Positions 1 through 7,800 of a stretch of DNA of 64,000 nt are shown in pieces. The translations under genes were made by a program, and so were the position numbers. The notes below the pieces were generated by a model that worked only from the letters and a program-made list of their open reading frames with translations, was not told the origin of the DNA and made no database searches. The DNA comes from a virus (lineage: Duplodnaviria; Caudoviricetes), in the IMG/VR virus record IMGVR_UViG_3300010052_000154, positions 11,827-75,826 of that record. One strand, 5' to 3'. Every line of letters starts with the position of its first letter. The first letter of the stretch is position 1.

Positions 1-415
1 GGCCGCCGCTGTTGCCCGACGCGGCCCATGAGAGCGCCACCTTCGACACGGCCCCGCCATTCGGCACGGTCAGCATGTCGGCTCCGACGGATGAGGAGAA
101 GGCGGCCAGGGCCGTGCGCCGGCGCACCCATTGTTCCGTCGGAGTTTCTGACGGCGTGTATACCCCGTAGGTGCTGATCGGCGATGTCCCGATCGAGCCC
201 GAGAGCTTGCCGACTGTGACCACCTGCAGCCCGTCGAAGTTGGTCCCGCTGAGAGCGAGCGTTTGCCAGGAGCCGCCCGGCCGGGTGCGTCCGTTCAGCG
301 TGCCGGTCGGCGCGCCGAAGTCGTCATAGAAGGCCGCCGGCCAAGGCGTCGGAGCCGGCGCGCCGGGCACATTGGACCCCGCAGTAAGACCAAGGCCCAA
401 GCCAAGCGTAAGCAT
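1..415 (-). CDS. Head-spike fibre-like protein, N-terminal part (runs off the left edge); RcGTA Rcc01080-like N-terminus
   Basis: Not in the ORF track. Manual translation from ATG at 415 gives MLTLGLGLGLTAGSNVPGAPAPTPWPAAFYDDF..., open to base 1. The M-x-x-LGLGLGL start resembles GTA/phage head fibres, and the gene follows a spike-base gene. Confidence 0.6.
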   Translation of the reverse strand, partial: MLTLGLGLGLTAGSNVPGAPAPTPWPAAFYDDFGAPTGTLNGRTRPGGSWQTLALSGTNFDGLQVVTVGKLSGSIGTSPISTYGVYTPSETPTEQWVRRRTALAAFSSSVGADMLTVPNGGAVSKVALSWAASGNSGG

Positions 416-464
416 CGTCGAAACCTCGAAGCGTCGTGATCGATTGTCGGGAGAGGTCTGCGGG

Positions 465-896
465 CTACCGAAGACCCAGGAGCCCGGCAGTGTTGCCGGT
501 GGCGGCCAGCTGGACGACGCGGAATGGAATAATCTGACCCGCGGTCACAGGGATCGGCTTGGCGGAGTTGTCAGATCCGTCCGCGAACTTCACAGCCAGA
601 TAGCCGCTCGAAATGACTGCCACGCCCCTGGTCGGCGTCGACAGCGCGGTCTGAGCCGCAGTCGGAATATCGACCACCCCCTTCGCCGGATCTGACGCAG
701 TCAGATCAGCGATGTCATCAAGGGACAGGGTCGCAGCCAGCGACCCAGCTCGCGGCTTCTGGCCTCGAAGGTCCGAACCGTCGGGCGCGTTGAGGTTCAC
801 GCGCTGGACGTGGACTTCCAGACTGTTCTCCTCGAACTCATGGGTCGCGACGCGCTTGCCAGCGCCTTCGGTGATCTGGAGGCTTGATGCAGTCAT
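465..896 (-). CDS. Head-spike base protein, Rcc01079-like, with N-terminal extension
   Basis: C-terminal TRGVAVISSGYLAVKFADGS...VTAGQIIPFRVVQLAATGNTAGLLGL matches the remembered Rcc01079 family pattern. Confidence 0.65.
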   Translation of the reverse strand: MTASSLQITEGAGKRVATHEFEENSLEVHVQRVNLNAPDGSDLRGQKPRAGSLAATLSLDDIADLTASDPAKGVVDIPTAAQTALSTPTRGVAVISSGYLAVKFADGSDNSAKPIPVTAGQIIPFRVVQLAATGNTAGLLGLR

Positions 897-904
897 GATC
901 GCTC

Positions 905-1225
905 CTAAGCGTCGCGCAGGACCGCCCGGTACTTGGGCGTCCCGTTGTGGTCGTAGATTTCGAGCGCGCCCGTCACGTCCGCGCCTTCGGGCGGACTGTC
1001 GGCCGGCGAGATGGCCTTAATCCCGAACATCGCCCGCTCGTCGGCCGTGGAGCGCTCGAGCCAACCGTCGGGGAACTGCAGGTCGTAGGTCAGCTCGCGG
1101 GTCGGGCCGTCCGGCTGGTCCGGATCGACCAAGATGCGCGAGGTGCACGCGTTGGGGATCGTGAAGGCGCCGCTGACGTGCTTCCACGCACCGGGGCGTC
1201 CGATCTCGACCGCATATTCCGTCAT
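905..1225 (-). CDS. Hypothetical phage protein, tail region
   Basis: 106-aa ORF tightly packed between tail genes, with an upstream GAGG RBS. Confidence 0.6.
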   Translation of the reverse strand: MTEYAVEIGRPGAWKHVSGAFTIPNACTSRILVDPDQPDGPTRELTYDLQFPDGWLERSTADERAMFGIKAISPADSPPEGADVTGALEIYDHNGTPKYRAVLRDA

Positions 1226-1233
1226 CGGTTTCC

Positions 1234-2187
1234 TCAGTTCGGATTGGGGTTGATCCAGACGCGGAAAGTCGCTGCGACCGTGGCCGTCGCGCTCCGTCCC
1301 AGGCTGTCGGTGACCTTGACCTCAAAGGTGCCGGTTGCGGTGCCCGTGCCCATCGAATAGCCAAAGGTCGTCGTTGCACTATTCGGCGAGCTGATGCTGC
1401 CCACGCCGCTCACCAACCGCCACTGCCAGGTGACCGCGCCGACCGCGCCGGAAACAGTCGCCGTGGTTGCGTTGGTCTCTGGCTGGCCGGCGTCGCTGAA
1501 GCCTTCGACGGACGACGGCGAAGCGCTGACAGACAGCGGCGGCGCGGCCGAGCCGTTGTTGATCAGAGTGACGTAGCAGGTCTGCGTTTGCTGCTGGCCA
1601 GTGCCTTGGTCGACGACCGTGACTGACAGCGTGCCCTGCACTCCGCCCGTCGGGTAGAGCGCGCGAGACGCGCTACAGCTGTTGCCGGCCGGCGAAATGC
1701 TAAAATCACCGCTCTTCGACCATGTCACCGAGAAGGGTCCAACGCCGCCCGAGATCGAGATGCTCGTGGAGCCCGAGACCGTGATCTCAGTCTGCGAAGG
1801 GGTCTGAACGAAGATGTCCGCCGGCGTGCTGACCGACATCGCCGGATTGCCGCGGGTCAGGGTGACGGTGACGGAGATATGCTTGGTCTCACCGGTTACG
1901 CGGTCGGTGACGGCGCAGTCGTAGACCGCGGTCAGCGTCCCGACCGACATGCCTGTCGCCTGCCACTGCGTGATCAACGACGCCGGCATGGTTGGCACGA
2001 TGGAAGTCGAACCCGAAGTTCGCGTCCAGAGGGCGTCCCAGAGCCCGGAACCGCCGCTCGGCTGGGCGGTGACGCTACCAGACACGACCGTCGAGGAGGT
2101 GTCGCTGCCGCCCGCCGTCGTCGACGACTGGCCAAGCGTGTACGGGGGTAGCGCGTACCCCATCATCAGTCCGGCGCTGTGGAGCAT
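1234..2187 (-). CDS. Ser/Thr/Gly-rich tail fibre or adhesin with about three Ig-like beta-sandwich repeats
   Basis: Repeated units of the form SVS..P...T.SG..G..T..W.......T..V.VTD; located in the tail module. Confidence 0.65.
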   Translation of the reverse strand: MLHSAGLMMGYALPPYTLGQSSTTAGGSDTSSTVVSGSVTAQPSGGSGLWDALWTRTSGSTSIVPTMPASLITQWQATGMSVGTLTAVYDCAVTDRVTGETKHISVTVTLTRGNPAMSVSTPADIFVQTPSQTEITVSGSTSISISGGVGPFSVTWSKSGDFSISPAGNSCSASRALYPTGGVQGTLSVTVVDQGTGQQQTQTCYVTLINNGSAAPPLSVSASPSSVEGFSDAGQPETNATTATVSGAVGAVTWQWRLVSGVGSISSPNSATTTFGYSMGTGTATGTFEVKVTDSLGRSATATVAATFRVWINPNPN

Positions 2188-2193
2188 GTCGGT

Positions 2194-3132
2194 CTAAGCG
2201 ACTAGGCCCAGCTTCTTGAACTGGGCGTCGAGCACGTAGGGGCTCACGCTGAGCACCTCCGCCCGGCAGACGTCCCAGGCATTGTTGGCGGTGCTGTGCG
2301 CCGGCGCGCCCGCCGCGCCGAACTTGAACTGGCCGGGATAGAGGACGGTGGCGGCCGCCCCGCTGGACGGCTGGATACCGATCATCGTCAGGACATCGCC
2401 CTCACGCAATCCGCTCGGCAGGGTCAGCGTGTTGGTCCCCGACACTAGCGGCACCTTCACCTTCCAGCCCGCAGTCAGGACGTCCCAGGTGATGACCCCC
2501 GCCGCCGGGGTCAGCGCGCGGAACTTGCGCGCCTCCGCAAGGGTGAAGGCGGTGGCGGCCTTGTCGTTGTTCGTGCCGCCCCAGAGGTCTTCCTTCGTCG
2601 CAGGGGATAGGCTGTTGTCCGCTGCAAGCGCAATGATCCAGTTCGAGCCTGCCGTGCCGGCGCCAAAGACGGTGTTGAGGATCAGCCGAAGCGCGCCGGT
2701 CGCGGGGTCATAGGCATCGATGTAGCCGATACCGCGCTTGCTGCGGTCGGTCGCGAGGGTCTGGGCCGCCCCCTGTCCCGGCGCAAAAGCCTTCCCGGTC
2801 TGGATCACCAGATCCACCGCGCCGGTCTGGAGCGTTGCGGGTGTGACGCTGGTAGCCTTCGTCCCAGGCGCGTTGATCGCGGTGAGCGCGAACTCCGCGG
2901 CCTGGGACCGCGACTGCGAAGCCGCAAGGCGGTCGGCCGCGGTCGCGGTCGCGTCGCTCTGTGTCGACCGGGCGTTCGCCTCGGCGGCGTCGCCGACCGC
3001 CTTGACCTGCTGCCCAAACGGCGACAGCGCCGCGGTGAAGGCGTCTGCCTTGTCGTTGAAGTCGTCTGGCTGGGCGTTCCGACCTGGGAACGGCGGAAGG
3101 ACGTCGATGGCCGGGGTTACGGTGACCGCCAT
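2194..3132 (-). CDS. Tail fibre / receptor-binding-type protein
   Basis: True start is probably MAVTVTPAIDVLPPFP (ATG at 3132, overlapping the upstream stop). It has an Ala-rich linker and a C-terminal TGAT..LTLPSG...QPSSG...WDV domain typical of tail fibre tips. Confidence 0.65.
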   Translation of the reverse strand: MAVTVTPAIDVLPPFPGRNAQPDDFNDKADAFTAALSPFGQQVKAVGDAAEANARSTQSDATATAADRLAASQSRSQAAEFALTAINAPGTKATSVTPATLQTGAVDLVIQTGKAFAPGQGAAQTLATDRSKRGIGYIDAYDPATGALRLILNTVFGAGTAGSNWIIALAADNSLSPATKEDLWGGTNNDKAATAFTLAEARKFRALTPAAGVITWDVLTAGWKVKVPLVSGTNTLTLPSGLREGDVLTMIGIQPSSGAAATVLYPGQFKFGAAGAPAHSTANNAWDVCRAEVLSVSPYVLDAQFKKLGLVA

Positions 3133-4829
3133 CAGACCAGGCTCTCCAACTGGAGCGAGAGATCGGAGTCCTCGGTGTAGCGAATGACCACATCGAAATC
3201 CTTGTAGAAGCCGTAGATCACCGTCGGCTCGAATAACTCCGAGCCGATGTAGACGATGGGCGTGGCGTGATAGCTGGCGAGCTTGCGGACGAGCTGGCTG
3301 ACGAAGCTGTTCTTCACCCGAACCGGGAGGTCGGCGCGCTGATAGTAGGGACGCTCGACGATGACGGCGTTGCCGAAGTCGTCGCGTCCCTTGATCGAGG
3401 TGTCGATAATCCCGACGCTCGCCCCGTACTGCGTTGCGCCGAGCTGTTGCAGCTTGCCGACCACACAGGCGCCGCACCGAACAGCATAGCCCGGGTTGGA
3501 GAGCGTCAGGGTCAACTGCGCCCCGGCGTAGGGCGGCAGGTTCAGAAGCAGCGCCTGAGAAGCCCGCTCGATGTCATTGAAGAAATAGGAATACCAGTTG
3601 TCGATCCCGGCGGTGCTGACCAAGCTGACGGTGATGTCCCGCACGACGCCATCGACCGGATCGGTGATGGTGGCGCGGCAGACGGCGGCGTCGACGGCGA
3701 ACAGAGCCACCGCCGTGACGCGCTTGGTCAGGTTCAGGACGACCGTGATGCTATCGGCGTCGGCGGTCTGGCTGCCGACCACCTGATCAAACATCCGCCA
3801 GCGATTGGTCGACCCGGCCGGCAGCCAAGCGGTCTTGTCACTCAGCTGGTTGCCGCCGTTGCTGTCCTTGACCGAGATGTAGAGCAGATGGGCCGTCGCC
3901 GCCGTGTTGCCCCGAACCGTGACGTTCTTCGCGTAGGTAGTGCCTGCGCTGTAGACCGGCTCGTTCTCCGCCACGCTAGACACCAGCATGGGCTTACCCA
4001 CGTCTGCGGCCCGCGTGACCGCGGTCGTCGTCGTCGCCACGTACGAGGAGACGGGCCCGGCCTTGAGGTCGTGGCCCCAGACCTCGACGCCTGCGACACC
4101 GTCGCCCGCGAAAGCCTCTGATCCGTCCCCGACGCTGATGACGAGGCCCAAGGTAGTGGCCCCGGCTACGGCGCCCTCGATCTCAAGGCGCCGCCAGCCG
4201 CCGGCCAACATCCGCATCCGAGCGACGTTCAGGCTGGCGCCAGTCCCGAACGGGCCAGCGTAGGGCATGGCCCCGCTGGCGAGGTCGACCACCATCTCGA
4301 CCCCAGCGCCCTCGCCGGCCGTGGCCAGGCGCAGACGAACCTTCGAGAACCCTGCCGCCCGCAGGAACACCGACCCGCCGGCCAGCCCACCGGCCGCGAC
4401 CACGGCCGCCGCACCCATGCGCGCGGCCTTGTGGGTAGCCGTGCTGGTCGCGCTCGGCCGCAGAATGTCGGCCGTGGCCGTCCCGTCGGGTGCGACGCCG
4501 ACGTTCGCCGCGATGGTCGCCTCGGTTGCAGTCCAGCCCGTGAGATCCTGGCTCTGCAGCATCACGTTAGTCCCGGCCGCTTCTGCAAGGAACTCGGGCA
4601 CCGCCTTAGGGATGACGCTCATGCCTGGCAGCGGCTGGGTCGGAATGAGCAGCGAGGGGCCCGCCATCCATCCGGCCGGGGCGTAGATGTGGGTCTCCGG
4701 CGGGTTGTTCAGGCGCGGCTCGTTGACCGGGGCGAAGGCGACGCCGCCCGCCGCGGTGTAGTAGCTGGCCACGCTCGCCCGGCTGAACGCGCCGGTATCG
4801 GTGATGGGCAGCGGCTCGATGAGCTTCAT
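3132..4829 (-). CDS. Distal tail (Dit-like) protein with an inserted fibre/carbohydrate-binding domain
   Basis: Start MKLIEPLPITD (ATG at 4829, TGATG overlap with the TMP stop). C-half has NRWRMFD, WYSYFF and GIIDTSIKGRDDFGN motifs, typical of the gene directly after TMP in these prophages. Confidence 0.7.
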   Translation of the reverse strand: MKLIEPLPITDTGAFSRASVASYYTAAGGVAFAPVNEPRLNNPPETHIYAPAGWMAGPSLLIPTQPLPGMSVIPKAVPEFLAEAAGTNVMLQSQDLTGWTATEATIAANVGVAPDGTATADILRPSATSTATHKAARMGAAAVVAAGGLAGGSVFLRAAGFSKVRLRLATAGEGAGVEMVVDLASGAMPYAGPFGTGASLNVARMRMLAGGWRRLEIEGAVAGATTLGLVISVGDGSEAFAGDGVAGVEVWGHDLKAGPVSSYVATTTTAVTRAADVGKPMLVSSVAENEPVYSAGTTYAKNVTVRGNTAATAHLLYISVKDSNGGNQLSDKTAWLPAGSTNRWRMFDQVVGSQTADADSITVVLNLTKRVTAVALFAVDAAVCRATITDPVDGVVRDITVSLVSTAGIDNWYSYFFNDIERASQALLLNLPPYAGAQLTLTLSNPGYAVRCGACVVGKLQQLGATQYGASVGIIDTSIKGRDDFGNAVIVERPYYQRADLPVRVKNSFVSQLVRKLASYHATPIVYIGSELFEPTVIYGFYKDFDVVIRYTEDSDLSLQLESLV

Positions 4830-7800
4830 CAGGCCGCGGCCTTCGTCGGCACCGGATCGCCGGGCTGGGCGCCGTGGACCGAAATCCCCTCGTTCAGGAT
4901 CCGGCGGATGTTCTTGTTCATCTCGTGGTTCGAGCGCGCGATGGCGACGAGGGCCGCGTTCATTCGCTGCATCTCGCCGAGCATCTGCGCGAGCTGGCGG
5001 CTGTCCTCGCGGCCCATGACGGCATGGACGCCCATCTTCCCGCCGACGTTGGCCAGCGGCAGGATGCCCTCGGGTCCGGCCTCGCCGCCGATGCCGCTCT
5101 CGCCGAGGGTGATCGGGCGATCCATCAGGCCGCCGGCGGCATAGGGCGTGCGCCCCTCGCCCTTGCCCTTGTTGTTCCAGTGCCACTCGCCGAAGCCGGC
5201 TACGCCCTTGTCGAGGCCATGCTGCTTGAACCAGGGCGAGTTGCGGTCGGCGGTGGCCAGCAGCCGCTCGCCCTCGGCGCGCACGTCGGTGTAGTGCTGG
5301 ACGTAGCTGTCCCAATCGGGCGCGCGCGGCGTCGGCGTGGGATTGTCGTTGGCCGGCGGCGGCGCCGTGGGCATCGGCGTCACCGGGGCTGGCGTGACGG
5401 CCTGGGCCTGCTGGGCGGCTCTGTAGTTGGCCACAGCAGCGGCCAGGCTGAGCACGCTATCGTTGACCGTCAGGATCCCGGCGACCATCGCCTTGGCCGC
5501 GGCGAGCTGCTGTTCAGCGACACCGACCTGGCGATTGGCCGCCTGCTCGGTGGCGCGCACGCCGTCCCGGGCGGCGGCGAGGCCGAGATCGTATTCCAGT
5601 CGGCTGCGCGCACTGCCCTTCAGGGCCTCGGCATAGTTCTGGGTCACGCCGGCAAGCTGGCCCATGGCGTCGGCGTCGCCGGCGCGGGCCTTCTGCAGGA
5701 TGGAGGCGAACTCGTCGGCCGACCGGTTCGCAGCCTCGGCTGGCGTCCGATCCATCAGCGCCTCGAGGTCCTTGTCGAGGTCGCGCATCGACTTCGCCAG
5801 ATCCAGGAACTTGTCCCGCATCCGCTCCGCCGCCTCGGTTTCGCGGTCATAGGCGACCTGGACGGCGTCGCGGGCATCCTGGACGGCCTTGGAGCCTTCG
5901 GTCTGGAAGTCGATCACCTTGGCGAAGGCCGGGGCCAGGGCCATCAGGGCGGCGTACATCTGCGCGCCGGCTTCGGTCGTAAGATCGAGGCCGAGGACGA
6001 TGTTCTTGAATTGGTCCTTGGTCTTGACCGAGGTCAGGTTCAGCCGCGCGAGTTCTTCGGCGACAGCGCGCTGGATCGGCGCCATGCGCTCGACGTCGGT
6101 CAGGTAGGTCTCGGCGAAGCTGCGGACCTGATCGGCGAACTCGTCGATGCCGCCGGCCAGGTCGACCAGACGCTCCCGGGCCTTCAGCGACGAGACGCCT
6201 ACGGCGCCGAAGGTCATGCCGATCGACTTCAGCGAGACGTCGACCACCTGATACTGCCGGGCGACGCGGGCAAGGGTCTCGAAGGCCCCCTCGCCCACCT
6301 TCTGCAGGACGGTCAGCTCCGGGATCGCGGTGGCGGCGAGGTCGTCGCCCAGCTTGCCGAAGATGGCGTTGAGCGCTTCCTTGATCTCGGCTCCGGACAT
6401 GTCCTTGAAGGACATCTTGCCGAGCTCGACCTTGAAGGCGTCGAGCGTGGCCTCGGCCCCGGTGACGCCCAGGATGCCGGCGGCGTCGAGCACGCCCCTC
6501 TTCAGCGAGCCGATGAGGTCGGTGATCTGCTTCGAGAGATCGGCGTCCAGGGCACCGGTCGTCGTCGTGACCTTGTCCTTGTTGGAATAGGACAGCCCCA
6601 GGAACTTCTTCTGCGTGTTCTCCAGGACCTGCTGATAGGTCTGGCCCTTGATGCCGCCCGACAGGATGTCCGACAGGGACTGCGAGCCGAACTGAAGGCC
6701 CTGGTCCTGAAGCGTGCGCGTCGTCCGCGTGCCGAAGAGGCCAGGCAGCAGGTTCGAGATCGGCGCGAAGATCCGCGTCAGGCCGCCGGGGCCCGTCGAG
6801 GTCTTGCCGAGGTTAAGGTCCGAAGTGTCGAGCGCGCCGCCAGCGCTCAGGGAGCGGGCCACCGCGGCGGCCAGGGCTCCGATGCCGCTGTCGATGCTCA
6901 TAAGCGCCTTCAGCATGCCGATCGAGTATTCGAGGTCGCGGTTGGTGTTCGCGGCCACGATCTCCAGCGATTTGGCGATGCTGTCCGACTTCGCCTTGCT
7001 GTCACCGAGGACGGATCCGGTGCCCTGCGCCTTCTGGCGTGCCTCCATGTCCCCTGCACCAGGCGCGGAGCCGCGGCCGCCGCCGGAGAAGCCCAGGCCG
7101 GCCATGACCGCCAGCATGCCGCCCACGGCGACGAAGCCCAGCGGCCCCAGCGCCGCGAACATGCTGGCCGCGCCCTCGGCGACCTTCAGCGGGGTTCGTA
7201 CGGCAGTCCCGGCCGTCGTGAAGGCGGTCTTGGCCGCTTCGCCTGCCCCGGTCGCCGCGACCTCGGCGCCGACGGCCGCCATCTTCGTCGCGGTCTCGAC
7301 CCCCTGCTGGGCCATGGCCCGGATCGACATCGCCATCTCGACGGTGCGGAACGCGATCTCGGCGGCCTGCATGACCTTGTAGCCGGCCGATCCCTGCTCG
7401 AAGAACGACTTGCCGGCCGCGGCCATATCGCCATAGGCGCCGACGCGCGCCTTCTTGCTCTCGCGGGCGGCGAGGACCTCGGCGTGCATCCAGGCCTCGG
7501 AGCCTTTGACCTGGTCGAACTGCGCGACCTCGCGCTGGCGTCGGATCGCCTCCTCCCGCGCCTGCAAGTCGGAGTAAGCTCCGATGACGCCGCTGATGGT
7601 TCCGGCGGTTCGCTTGGCGCCTTCCCCCATCCCCTCGAAAGCCTGCGTGAACTTGGCGCCTGCGTCCTTCGCGTGGTCGGCGATCTGACGGAGAAGGTCG
7701 AGGGTGTAGTCGAGGCTGGCGTTGTAGTTGTCCGCCTTGCGCTGCACGTCGTTGCTGAGGCCCGCGGCCTCACCGGCCTTATCGACTAGAGCGGCCGCGC

